Shown here: positions 48,007 through 57,730 of the stretch, one piece after another | Position numbering within the stretch: position 1 is the stretch's first letter | Layout of the letters: each line of letters starts with the position of its first letter | Assembly: GCA_963663035.1 (NCBI GenBank) | Contig: OY760074.1 | Span: forward strand, 192,001-256,000 | Length of the DNA: 64,000 bases | Origin: Acidobacteriota bacterium | Lineage (GTDB): Bacteria > Acidobacteriota > UBA6911 > RPQK01 > JADFOI01 | Reading direction: 5' to 3' | The notes under the pieces: generated by a model | Told to the model about the DNA's origin: nothing | Databases searched by the model: none | What the model saw: only the letters and a program-made list of their open reading frames with translations | Translations under genes and position numbers: made by a program

Positions 48007-48027
48007 CTAGGAGGGAGCGAGCTCCCC

Positions 48028-48531
48028 TCACCGCCTGCCGCCGCCCTGGCCCTGACCTGGGCGCTGACCTCGACCCTGGCCTTGACCGCGGCCTGGGCGC
48101 TGGCCTTGACCATCACCCTGCCGTTGGCCCTGGCGCATGTTCGGTCGCCCTCCCTGCAGTTCTCGGTACTGTGTCATCTGCTCGTCACTGAGAATGGTGG
48201 CGAGTTTCTGGTTGGTCTCCTCTTGCAATTCTGCTCGCTCGTTTCGAAGAGCCTCCATGGTTTCCTGGGAGCGTGACTGATCCTGGTACTGCTCCCGAAG
48301 CGCCTGCAGCTTTTCACGGCTCTCTTCAAAGATAGGCCGGATATCTTTCGCCTGTGGGTCCGTTAGGGCCAGTCGCTCCTTGAACCGCTCGAACTGTTCT
48401 TCAGGGTTTCGGTCACCCTGGGGAGATCCCATGGGTCGCTGTGCATAGGCAGACCAACCCATGATCATAGCGAAGGCGATTGAGATGATCATCAGGGTTT
48501 TCACGATTCGTCTTTCCAAGGTTACTGTCAT
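48028..48531 (-). CDS. Spy/CpxP-like periplasmic helical protein with a G/Q/R-rich tail
   Basis: Signal peptide (AYA), LALTDPQ and ILSDEQ LTxxQ-like motifs. Confidence 0.7.
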   Translation of the reverse strand: MTVTLERRIVKTLMIISIAFAMIMGWSAYAQRPMGSPQGDRNPEEQFERFKERLALTDPQAKDIRPIFEESREKLQALREQYQDQSRSQETMEALRNERAELQEETNQKLATILSDEQMTQYRELQGGRPNMRQGQRQGDGQGQRPGRGQGQGRGQRPGQGQGGGRR

Positions 48532-48603
48532 GGTGTTACTCCATCTTGTTTGCTGCACATTAAGTGTTGAAGTTCACTGGTTAAGACGAAGGACGGACGA
48601 AAA

Positions 48604-48634
48604 TGTGTGTAAAGAATTTGTAAGGATTTGTAAA
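48604..48634. promoter_or_regulatory. Triple direct-repeat box TGTAAA/TGTAAG/TGTAAA
   Basis: TGTGTGTAAAGAATTTGTAAGGATTTGTAAA upstream of the Spy-like gene. Confidence 0.65.
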
Positions 48635-48652
48635 GCCGAGAAAGGGGGTTAA

Positions 48653-48848
48653 CCCGCACTTCTCACACCCGCTCTACTGCAGCGGCGCAATGATCCGCCC
48701 TGACTTTGTTGCGCGACCCGCAAGCGGGTACCCCTCGCGCGCCAGTCGGAGCCGCAGGCTTTAGCCTGCGGGCCCGTGGGCTAAAGCCCACGGCTCTGTT
48801 TTCCGGTCCTTCCGCCGCTTCGCGACGACCTGGTGTGAGAAATGCGGG
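48653..48848. mobile_element. MITE-like element, divergent copy f with nested REP pair
   Basis: TIR CCCGCACTTCTCACACC/GGTGTGAGAAATGCGGG, shared core GCGACCCGCAAGCGGGTACCCCTC. Confidence 0.78.
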
Positions 48849-50447
48849 TCAATAGGGGGACAGAGCAGACCGTACCCATTTCTTTTGTCCCTTTTTTCCC
48901 CGCCAGCGCCAGCCTAGAATGCCGGCATACAGAATCAGGGAAACAACTGAGATCCACTTCCCGATGCGAAAGCCTGCCGGCGCATACTCGATGCGAAGAT
49001 GATGATTTCCCGCACCCAGGGGAACGGCTCGCAAGATGTAGTTGGCGGGCAGAAGGTCGTAATTCTGTTGAACGCTGCCGGGAAGGGCCACTGCTCGCCA
49101 GCCCTTGCTGTAGCTGTCCGTAATCAGCAAGATGGCGGGAGCCGGAAGGCGGGCTTCCACAACCAGATAATCCGTGCCCTCCTCGGTAATGGTGGCGGTA
49201 CCAGGCCGGTCAGTTTTGACGGGAGCCGGGACAGGAGCAGTTTCCAGAATGACCTGTTGCCGAGGGTCGAAAGAGGAGTTGCTCATGGTGGCAAAGATGC
49301 GGCCGCGCTCCTGAATGAGCACCCAGTCCTGGATCAATTCCAGCCGCGACAGGGGCGAGGGGATCTCCTCGAAGCCCTGTCTGCCGCCCTCTGAGAAAAA
49401 TACATAACGACCTCGCAGCATCCCGAAGAGGGGATGGATGCGCGACAGTTCCAGATACTGACTAGCGGTCTGAGGGTTCTGGCCCTGGGTAAATGTCATG
49501 AACTCGGCATAGCGCTTGAGCACGCCGGGATCATGTCCCCATAGGTCCTGGGCACCTGTGCTGAGGGCACTGTTCGGGTTGGGGGGCAGTGAAACACGAT
49601 AATCACCCGGATTGGCTTCGTAGAATTGCTGTATAAGAGGAAGCCGTGTCGTTTCCAGATCAAAGGTCGGTCTGTTGGCTGTGGCAAAGATAAACATCTC
49701 CAAGGCGGCAAGCAACGGTACGAGATACACGGCTCTGGGAGCCACCCGTGTGCGCCGCAGCAGCAGACTAAAGAGCAGGCATGAAGCGCTGCAAAGGAGC
49801 ACACCCTTTGCAGTAAACACGCCTGCACCGTTGACAAAGGCTTGGTCTTGATAGCTACCCAGTGGCAGATAGGACTCCCCAGTGGCGGCCACCGCTGACA
49901 TGAGGGATCCCCACGTCCCGCTGAACCCGGAAGCTGCCGAAAGGTATATCCACAGGCCCACAGCACCCACCGCCAGTCCTGCGAATGACAGTAGCTTTGC
50001 CAGACGTTGACGCCAGGGAGGATCGTGCAGGAGATTGTCCAGGCCAATGGCGGAGAGCATGACGCTGAACATGGCTACCAGAAAAATGAACTTTGAATTG
50101 CCCCGAAACATGTCGAATCCCGGTACGGACCTGTAAAGCAGATTGAAGAGGGGTGTGTAAGTCCCCAGAGCAAGAACCGATAAAATCAGCGTCATGGAGA
50201 CCGAAGACAGCCGCAGTTTCCGGCTGCCCCGCACAGCTCCCGACACTGCCAGGACAAAACCAGTCACACCTATGAACAGCGACATCTCCCACAGATACCA
50301 CCGTCCCCAGTAACTGCTCATGCCGCCGAAGAATCCTGGGACCAGGAGGGTGAGAAAGTTCTCTGGCGGGAAGGAGAACATGGCCGCAAACGCATAGGAT
50401 GTTCCGCTGCTGCGTACACTCTCGCCGGCTGCCTCCAGGCCAGCTAG

Positions 50448-52086
50448 CCCGGATTATTCATAAATTCTGAAGAAGGGGTCTGATCGAGGGCACAAAAAGA
50501 TGCCGTACCTCTTTGATATAAAAGGGGTTATGAAACAACTCCAAACCAAAAAGGTACGGCCCAGCGATGCATCAGTCTGCCAGATCAACTTGCCATCTCA
50601 CCCTGACAGAAAAGTGGTGGCTCGATTCGATGGAGGCCGGCTCTCCTCCGATGCCGGGCTGCTGTGTCTGTACGCCCTGGATCAACAGCACGGACTGACG
50701 GCTGGCTTTGCCTCCTGCCTGAAGGACGCTCGAGATAGCCGCTACGTCCGCCACCAGATTCGCGAACTGCTCACCCAGCGCAGCTTTCAGATCGTGGCCG
50801 GCTATGAGGACTGCAACGATGCCGACAGCTTGCGCTCGGATCCCATCTTCAAGACCGTGTGTGATCGGCTGCCGGAAAGCGATCCGGATCTGGCTTCTCA
50901 ACCCACGCTGTCGCGACTGGAGAACTCGGTGGACTCGAAGGATCTCACTCGCCTGGGACAGTGGCTGCTGGAGACCTACTTGAAGCACCGCAAGAAGAGC
51001 CGGCCCGAGAAGATCATCCTGGACATCGACAGCACGGATGACGTCACGCATGGGCAGCAGGAGTTCAGCTTTTACCACGGCTATTATCGCGAGCACATGT
51101 ATCATCCGCTGCTGCTATTCGATGGCGAGACGGGCGATCTGGTATGTGCGCTACTGCGGCCCGGCAACCAGGGGGCGGCCGCCCACGCGGTGGCGGTTCT
51201 CAAACGGGTGGTGGCCCGGATGCGCCAGGTTCTGGGATCCGATGTTCCGATCGAAGTGCGAGCCGACAGTGGCTTTGCGACGCCGGCACTGTACGAGTTC
51301 TGTGAGGAGGAAAAACTGCAGTATGTGGTGGGCTTTGCCCGCAACTCCCGGCTGGCGGCCACCGTCGAGCCCTTGGTTGAGCAGGTGCAAGCAGACTATG
51401 ACGACTCAGGAGAAAAGCAACGCCAGTTCACCGAGCTCGTCTATCAGGCCGACAGTTGGGACCGGGAGCGGCGCATGGTGGCCAAGGTGGAAGTGAGCGA
51501 GCGCGGGTTCAACCGTCGCTTTGTGGTCACCAACCGCCAGGATCTCACGGCCGGGCAGCTGTATGACCACTACATCGGACGGGGCCAGTGCGAGAACTTC
51601 GTGAAAGCTTTCAAAAAAGATCTGGCCATGGATCGCTTGAGCTGCCACCGTTTCCTGGCCAACCAGTTCCGACTCTTCATCCACGCCCTGGCCTATGTCT
51701 TAATCCTGCGCCTGCGGGATTACCTGTGCGGGACTCCCTGGCACAACCTGGAGATTGAGACGCTCCGCCGCCGCCTGTTCAAAATCGGTGCCCGGGTTCG
51801 GGAAACTTCTCGTCGCATCTGGGTGCACCTGGCATCGTCTTATCCCGAACAAAAGCTCTTCGCATTACTGATGCACCGTCTGTGTCCCACCTGACGGTCC
51901 CCTGACTCCCTGCGCCAACACAGATATACAGCCCCCTGCGGGCCGAGCTGTTTCCGGAAGGGGCTCTCGCTTCATCTCTATTCGGCTCAACAAGCTTGGA
52001 CGCCTTGTAATCGCACCTGAACACACTCTCAGCCCTGAACTTCCGCAGAAAATCGACACTCACCCCAAACTTATGAATAATTGCGG
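50448..52086 (+). mobile_element. IS1380-family insertion sequence, copy 2
   Basis: Same ends, length and protein as copy 1; CTAG at 50444-50447 and 52087-52090. Confidence 0.93.
50530..51894 (+). CDS. IS1380-family transposase
   Basis: Translation identical to copy 1. Confidence 0.93.
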   Translation: MKQLQTKKVRPSDASVCQINLPSHPDRKVVARFDGGRLSSDAGLLCLYALDQQHGLTAGFASCLKDARDSRYVRHQIRELLTQRSFQIVAGYEDCNDADSLRSDPIFKTVCDRLPESDPDLASQPTLSRLENSVDSKDLTRLGQWLLETYLKHRKKSRPEKIILDIDSTDDVTHGQQEFSFYHGYYREHMYHPLLLFDGETGDLVCALLRPGNQGAAAHAVAVLKRVVARMRQVLGSDVPIEVRADSGFATPALYEFCEEEKLQYVVGFARNSRLAATVEPLVEQVQADYDDSGEKQRQFTELVYQADSWDRERRMVAKVEVSERGFNRRFVVTNRQDLTAGQLYDHYIGRGQCENFVKAFKKDLAMDRLSCHRFLANQFRLFIHALAYVLILRLRDYLCGTPWHNLEIETLRRRLFKIGARVRETSRRIWVHLASSYPEQKLFALLMHRLCPT

Positions 52087-52831
52087 CTAGGGCTGCGGCT
52101 CCCACATACATGCTGCCCAATCCCAGCACCAGCCGTGGTCGTTCCCGTGCCCGGATAAGACGAAGCCCGCTATAGAGCCCGGCGGCGATAGCCGTGTAAA
52201 ACACATACTGGGGATGGCCGGCAAGAATCTGCATGGTGATGGCAAACATACCCATCAGACACCAGGTGAAGGAACGTTCTTGGAGCAGGCCATCAATGGC
52301 CAGAAAGAGCAGTGGTGCCCATACCATGGCGCAGAGATTGGGGAGGTGCCCGGCAGAGACATGCAGGAAATAGGGACCGGAGAACATAAAGAGGATGGAT
52401 GAAAGGAGGCAAGCTGCTGGATGAAGCCCCCGGTGAAAGGTCCAGAGATAGATAAACAGCCCGGCCAGGAACACATGCAGCGCAATGCTCACATTAATTG
52501 CCTTGGCAAGCGGCAGCACCAGATACACCCAGTTGGGTGGATAGAGCAAGGCGGACTGAAAGCCTCCAAAGTATGGCATCCCCGAAAAGATGTGCGGATT
52601 CCACAGGGCCAGGTTGCCTTGGCCCAGCTGGCTGAAACCAAACTCGCGCCAATAGACGAACTGCGAGGACAGGTCGGTGCCCAATTGGGAGAGAATCACC
52701 TCTTTCGACGTGAACAGCACATCGACGAACATGAGAAGCGTCAATCCAAAGAGAACCAGAAGAGCCAGTAGGAAAGTTTTCTCTCGCATGTGTCTCTCAA
52801 AGCCGGAGTTGCCTCCGACGCGCTTGAAACT

Positions 52832-54538
52832 TTAAAAATGAATATATTTTTCTATTTCCAGAGCACTGACTGTGGGCAGATGGATGGGTTGGCTGGTACG
52901 GTGGAAAATAAGCACTCCCTGAGTAAAAGGATCGTCGACTTCAATCGGAGCAAAGATCCTCCAGGGAATCTCGGGTCGGGTTAAATTAGCCCATAGGACA
53001 GGAAGGACGGCTTCCAGCTCATATCCGCCCTCGCCATAGATGGCCGCCAACAACTGAGAAGATCGCTCGGGTGAGCGGCCCCCCACAATCACGTAATCGG
53101 GAACCGTGTTTTCCCAAAAGAGATCTGCCCTCAACTCCGCTGCATGCTTCTTGGCAAAGGGTGCCTGGTTGGTTAAAAGCCCGCAGAATTTGTGTTCGGG
53201 ATTGTGATGTATCTGGATCGTATTCAAAGCTGTGGGTATGATGAAGATACAGTCCTCGGGTGAAATCTCTTCTTGAATGAAATGGCTGATCGCTTCACTG
53301 CCCGTAGTGTAATCATTCATCACCTCTCCAACATACTGCAGCAGACGTGAGTGCAAACCGATCCGGCCGAAGAAGTTAAAGGTCAGCACATTACTCGACA
53401 GGAGAATAACCAGGAAAAGTTCGGGCAGACCGCGAAAGCGCGTTTTGCTCAGCAGCTCGTAAATCCTGGCTGCCACAGCAGCACTGATGGGGATGAGGAG
53501 AACATAATAGCGCATGTCTGTATCGGTGGCCGTCGAATCAGGGGTTTGAAGGGAAACGAGTGACACTGCAGTGATGATCCCCATGCCATAAGCCAATGTC
53601 AGGAGGATGCTCCTGAGGTGGTTTATTTCCGCTCTGCCCAGCGCGGCGGCTCCCACGGCTCCGAAAAGCAGCATGCCCACCGGAAAAAACTCAAAGCGAA
53701 CAGCGTCGCGCGGCACCATGAACATGAGACGAAAAAACTTGCTCACATGGTCAGTCATTCCTGACTCCAATACTTGCCCCATCACATGGTCGTTGCGGAG
53801 ACCCACCCAGGTCGCTGATACCACTCCCACCAGAATAATCACAGCTAGAAAAATCAGATTCCTCCTATTGCGGTATCTCTCGCGCAGCAGACTGATGATA
53901 ATGACGGCCACGGCCCCGCCAGCATAAAGATATTGGCTCAAGACCAGTAAGCAGAGGAACAGGGTTCCCAGCAGGATCCACCAACGGTATTTTCGGACAC
54001 GAGGAAGGGCAGCCCACACCCACAGAAGGCCGGCGAAAAACGTGAGGCCCAGGGCGTAGTAGCGAAGCTGGCGGATATATAAGAGGTAAGGGACCGACAG
54101 AGCAAGAATCAGGGCCACCATCCAATATTCATCACTGTCAAACTCGTGCTTGAACCAGGCTGCCAGGAGGGGAATCGAAAAGAGCCCAATGAGTACAAAC
54201 AGAGCGCGCCCTCCCGCGGCACTGTCTCCAAAAATCTTCTGGCTCAGACCAGCCACAAGGTATTGTAAAGGAGGCGAGTGGGTGTTGATCATGTCTTCAT
54301 TGACCCACCCCATCATCCCGTAGGCCATCAGGTTTCGTCCGTCCCACCCCACCATCTGGCCGGTCTCCATGAGATTGCGACCGTACACCGAGGTGAAAGC
54401 TTCATCGTCCCAGAAATCGTTATTTCCCAGGCCCCAAAAAGCCAGCAGTCCGGCCAGCACAGTCAAAAAGACGACAGCTCGCTTTCGGTTCAACGGCCCG
54501 TTCCACCCCAGCCTTTGTTCAGGAATTTCCTGCTCCAA
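52832..54538 (-). CDS. ArnT/PMT-like (GT-C) membrane glycosyltransferase
   Basis: FWDDEA, HSPPLQY, RQLRYYAL, many TMs. Confidence 0.8.
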   Translation of the reverse strand: MEQEIPEQRLGWNGPLNRKRAVVFLTVLAGLLAFWGLGNNDFWDDEAFTSVYGRNLMETGQMVGWDGRNLMAYGMMGWVNEDMINTHSPPLQYLVAGLSQKIFGDSAAGGRALFVLIGLFSIPLLAAWFKHEFDSDEYWMVALILALSVPYLLYIRQLRYYALGLTFFAGLLWVWAALPRVRKYRWWILLGTLFLCLLVLSQYLYAGGAVAVIIISLLRERYRNRRNLIFLAVIILVGVVSATWVGLRNDHVMGQVLESGMTDHVSKFFRLMFMVPRDAVRFEFFPVGMLLFGAVGAAALGRAEINHLRSILLTLAYGMGIITAVSLVSLQTPDSTATDTDMRYYVLLIPISAAVAARIYELLSKTRFRGLPELFLVILLSSNVLTFNFFGRIGLHSRLLQYVGEVMNDYTTGSEAISHFIQEEISPEDCIFIIPTALNTIQIHHNPEHKFCGLLTNQAPFAKKHAAELRADLFWENTVPDYVIVGGRSPERSSQLLAAIYGEGGYELEAVLPVLWANLTRPEIPWRIFAPIEVDDPFTQGVLIFHRTSQPIHLPTVSALEIEKYIHF

Positions 54539-54545
54539 ACTTGAG

Positions 54546-55712
54546 CTAGCTCCTTATAGCCTCTCTCAGGGCAGTGGCCGTGTACTCCCCGTCCTCTTCG
54601 CTGAAGTCGTGAAAGAGAGGCAGGAGGATGCATTGCTCCTGGGCCCGTTCGGACTCGGGCAACGGCAGGGGCAGGGGATTATTTGCATAGGCCTCTTCGC
54701 GGTGAGCGCACATGATTCCCCGGCGCGTGGAGATGCCACAGTCGAGCAACACTTGCATCACCTCCTGCTGGACACAGCCTTCTGGTAAACGCACACAGTA
54801 ACTTTGCCAGTTGCTGCGCGCCCAGGAAGGCTCCTCTGGCAGCAGCAGTCCGGGGATGTCGCCCAAAAGTTCTCGATACCGATCGGCCAGAGAGCGACGC
54901 TGCTTGACGAGATCGCTCACCTTCTTGAGCTGTTCGCGACCCACCGCAGCCTGAATGTCAGTCAAGCTGTACTTGTAGCCGAGAGCCGGGTAGGTTTCAA
55001 AAATGACCTTGTTGGAATCGTGTCGCACTGCGTCGGACACGCTCATTCCATGCTGGCGCCAGTGGCGAAACTTTTCGTCCCACTGACCGCGAGAGGTGGT
55101 CAGCATGCCACCATCACCCGTTGTGATGAGTTTACGGGGATGAAAGGAAAAGCAGGCAATGTCTCCATGGGGCTTCCCGATCTTTTCCCAATTACCCTCC
55201 TCCAGGATTTCGCTGCCGACGGCACAGGCGGCATCCTCGATCACCGGAAGGGAATGGCGCTGGGCAATCTGGAGAATCGCTTTCAAGTCGCACGGCATCC
55301 CCATTTGATGGACACACAGGATGGCTCGGGTACGGTCCGTTATCGCTTCCCCTAGGACCTCTGGGTCCATGTTAAAGGTACCGGGCTGAATGTCCACAAA
55401 GACTGGTGTGGCTCCGCAGTAGCGGATGCTGTTGGCGGTGGCGATGAAGGAATGGCTGACGGTGATGACCTCATCGCCCGGCTGGACGCCGACCGCCAAT
55501 AGGGCCAGATGCAGGGCGCCGGTGCAGCTGGAGACGGCGCAGGCGTATGGGCTTCCTACCAGTACGGCAAATTCCTGCTCGAATGCGGCCACCTCAGGAC
55601 CCTGGGTCACCCAAGCTGAGAGGATGGGACGGCTTGACGCCTGCACCTCCGCCTCATCCAGCCACGGCTTGGAGAGGGGAATGCTGCGGGTCTTATGACT
55701 GCTTTTCGACAT
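54546..55712 (-). CDS. DegT/DnrJ/EryC1/StrS aminotransferase
   Basis: VSSCTGALHL, IEDAAC, SFHPRKLITTGDGGM. Confidence 0.93.
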   Translation of the reverse strand: MSKSSHKTRSIPLSKPWLDEAEVQASSRPILSAWVTQGPEVAAFEQEFAVLVGSPYACAVSSCTGALHLALLAVGVQPGDEVITVSHSFIATANSIRYCGATPVFVDIQPGTFNMDPEVLGEAITDRTRAILCVHQMGMPCDLKAILQIAQRHSLPVIEDAACAVGSEILEEGNWEKIGKPHGDIACFSFHPRKLITTGDGGMLTTSRGQWDEKFRHWRQHGMSVSDAVRHDSNKVIFETYPALGYKYSLTDIQAAVGREQLKKVSDLVKQRRSLADRYRELLGDIPGLLLPEEPSWARSNWQSYCVRLPEGCVQQEVMQVLLDCGISTRRGIMCAHREEAYANNPLPLPLPESERAQEQCILLPLFHDFSEEDGEYTATALREAIRS

Positions 55713-56714
55713 CTAAAGCTTCCATTTCCAGTTGTAAAGAATTTCTTGCTCTAACAACTCCTCTGCCGTCTTGACGCTTTCCAGATACCACTGCTCCAGG
55801 TTCATCAATCCCTGGCGCAGCGGAACACGAGGTGTATAACCCAGCATCTCACGAGCTTTGGAGGCATCCGCCCACAGGCGGGGGACATCACCGGGGCGAG
55901 GGTCGTCGAGGATGATCTGCGCATCGGATAGACCGACGACCTCAGCCACCTCCCGCGCCAAATCGACAATACGCACCTCCTTGCCTTGACCGAGATTAAT
56001 GGTTTCTCCGAGTGCCTCTTTCGAGGAACCGGCCCGCAGAATCCCCCAGGCCGTATCGCTGACATAGGTGAAGTCGCGGGTCTGGGTTCCGTCGCCGAAG
56101 ATTACCATCGGCTGACCCGCCATAGTGCGCAGCATGAATTTGGGGATCACCTCTCCGCAATCTCCTTCATGATGGCAGTGAGGGCCATAGGTGTTAAACG
56201 GCCGCACCACCACCGTGGGATAGTTGTAGGTTTGATGGAAGGCGCGGGTATAGCATTCTCCGGCCAGTTTCGACGCACCATAAACGGTCCTAGGGAAGGT
56301 GGGAGCCTCCTCACATTGCGGAAACCTGCGAGTTGTACCGTAGACTTCGGAACTGGAGACATACACAAATCGCTCCACTCCGACCTCTCGGGCCACCTCC
56401 AGCAGCTGCAGCGTGGCCGTTGCATTCACTTCATGGTTTTCCTGGGGAGAGTGGATGGAATGACGCACCCCCATACAGGCCAGATGGAACACTCTCTTGA
56501 CTCCCTGCATGGCCTGGCGCATGCGGGATTCATCGCGGATGTCGGCGATCACCCATTCCACCTTATCGCCAGGGCAGTCGTCCAGGTTCTCGCGTTTGCC
56601 GTTGACCAGGTTGTCGACGACCGTGACGTGGGCGCCGGCCTTGACGAGCTGTCTGGTCAGCTCTGAGCCGATAAAGCCTGCGCCGCCGGTGACCAACATT
56701 CGTATATCCGCCAT
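55713..56714 (-). CDS. NAD-dependent epimerase/dehydratase
   Basis: VTGGAGFIGS, SSSEVYG, YGASK, RPFNTYGP, GDGTQTRDF. Confidence 0.93.
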   Translation of the reverse strand: MADIRMLVTGGAGFIGSELTRQLVKAGAHVTVVDNLVNGKRENLDDCPGDKVEWVIADIRDESRMRQAMQGVKRVFHLACMGVRHSIHSPQENHEVNATATLQLLEVAREVGVERFVYVSSSEVYGTTRRFPQCEEAPTFPRTVYGASKLAGECYTRAFHQTYNYPTVVVRPFNTYGPHCHHEGDCGEVIPKFMLRTMAGQPMVIFGDGTQTRDFTYVSDTAWGILRAGSSKEALGETINLGQGKEVRIVDLAREVAEVVGLSDAQIILDDPRPGDVPRLWADASKAREMLGYTPRVPLRQGLMNLEQWYLESVKTAEELLEQEILYNWKWKL

Positions 56715-56761
56715 GCTGAGAATTCCCTTATCTCCACTATTGTCGCACAGTTGCCGTATAG

Positions 56762-56951
56762 GCGGGATTATGCATAAATTGTCTACTGCAGTGCCGCAAT
56801 CATCCACGCTGACTGCGTTGTGCTTCCTTGGGCTCCTCGGCGTACTGCATGAGTACGCCGAGGAGCCCGACCCGCAAGCGGGTACCCCTCGCAGGCCTTG
56901 TCATCGCGGCGCCTGCTGCACTTCGTCACGAAAATCTATGCATAACCCCGC
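56762..56951. mobile_element. MITE-like element, copy g with a perfect 17-bp hairpin insert
   Basis: Arms match copy a; insert GGGCTCCTCGGCGTACT-GCATG-AGTACGCCGAGGAGCCC at 56830-56868. Confidence 0.85.
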
Positions 56952-56971
56952 CTCCTAGGCAGGGACCCAAG

Positions 56972-56993
56972 CCGGGATTATGCATAACCCCGG
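56972..56993. repeat. 22-bp minimal form of the MITE family, second copy
   Basis: CCGGGATTATGCATAACCCCGG. Confidence 0.8.
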
Positions 56994-57001
56994 CTACCCT
57001 T

Positions 57002-57730
57002 TTATCCGTCCGCTTTCTTCTGCAGGATCAGCATTCGATGCTTGGGTTGGGCAAGGCTTTCATGGGGAACGTCATGTTCTCCCACCAGATCCAGACCCCA
57101 GGATGCTTTCAGAAGCCGGCGGAGTGCCGGGCAGTCATAGAGGTGTGGCAGCAGGTACATGTAGTGAATCCGTTCCCTCAGCGATGGCTCGTCGTATCGT
57201 CTGCCGTGCAGGACTTTGGCAGCGGCCAAGAGAATCGAGTCAGTCAAGGGGTTGCGCAACAGGCGAAAGGCGCGACGGAGGGACCAGAGTATGTGGTTGT
57301 AGGCGCAGGTATAGGGAATCGTTGCTACCAGCTTGCCTCCCGCAACCAGATCGGAGTTGATTTTCCCGAAGAGTGTTGCCTGAGGTGCATCGATATTCTG
57401 GAGAGTGGAGTCCGAGACGATCAGATCAAAAGGTGTGGCCTCGAAGTGCAGATAGTCGGCCACTTCGAATGTCAACCGTTCCTGGCCTGGCTGAGCACGG
57501 GCATACTCCGTTGCCCGCTGGATATTCATCTCACCAATATCGATCCCGGTGAGATGAGCATTGGGTAGAGCCTTGGCCAGGTCCAACAGCTGCCGGCCGG
57601 TTCCACATCCCAGATCCAGGACGCGGAGAGATCGCTGGGCGTCCACATAGGGGAGAAGGAGTTCCGTTGTTTGACGGCACCGGTCCTGAGGAGCCGTAAA
57701 TGTCTTGTCCAGGAAATCCTCTCTCGCCAT
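57002..57730 (-). CDS. Class I SAM-dependent methyltransferase
   Basis: VLDLGCGTG, TGIDI, FDLIVS. Confidence 0.88.
   Translation of the reverse strand: MAREDFLDKTFTAPQDRCRQTTELLLPYVDAQRSLRVLDLGCGTGRQLLDLAKALPNAHLTGIDIGEMNIQRATEYARAQPGQERLTFEVADYLHFEATPFDLIVSDSTLQNIDAPQATLFGKINSDLVAGGKLVATIPYTCAYNHILWSLRRAFRLLRNPLTDSILLAAAKVLHGRRYDEPSLRERIHYMYLLPHLYDCPALRRLLKASWGLDLVGEHDVPHESLAQPKHRMLILQKKADG

Larger units (their letters stand above)
48849..52789 (-). pseudogene. YfhO-like (GT-C type) membrane protein interrupted by IS1380 copy 2
   Basis: 5' part LWNPHIFSGMP, LAGHPQ; 3' part YSKGWRA, ANYILRAV; removing the IS and one CTAG restores a single frame. Confidence 0.88.

Noticed and set aside
42321-52086. 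Composite transposon bounded by the two IS1380 copies
   Set aside because: Each copy has its own CTAG duplication and interrupts a locus that is continuous across it (VWA-pspA operon; YfhO frame), so these are independent insertions.
51779-52086. C-terminal part of ORF 51779..52789
   Set aside because: It is read-through from the broken YfhO 5' half into the antisense strand of the IS.
56715-56807. N-terminal extension of the epimerase ORF, and small ORFs at 1806, 27082 and 56828
   Set aside because: These are translations of MITE sequence or antisense frames, not protein-like.
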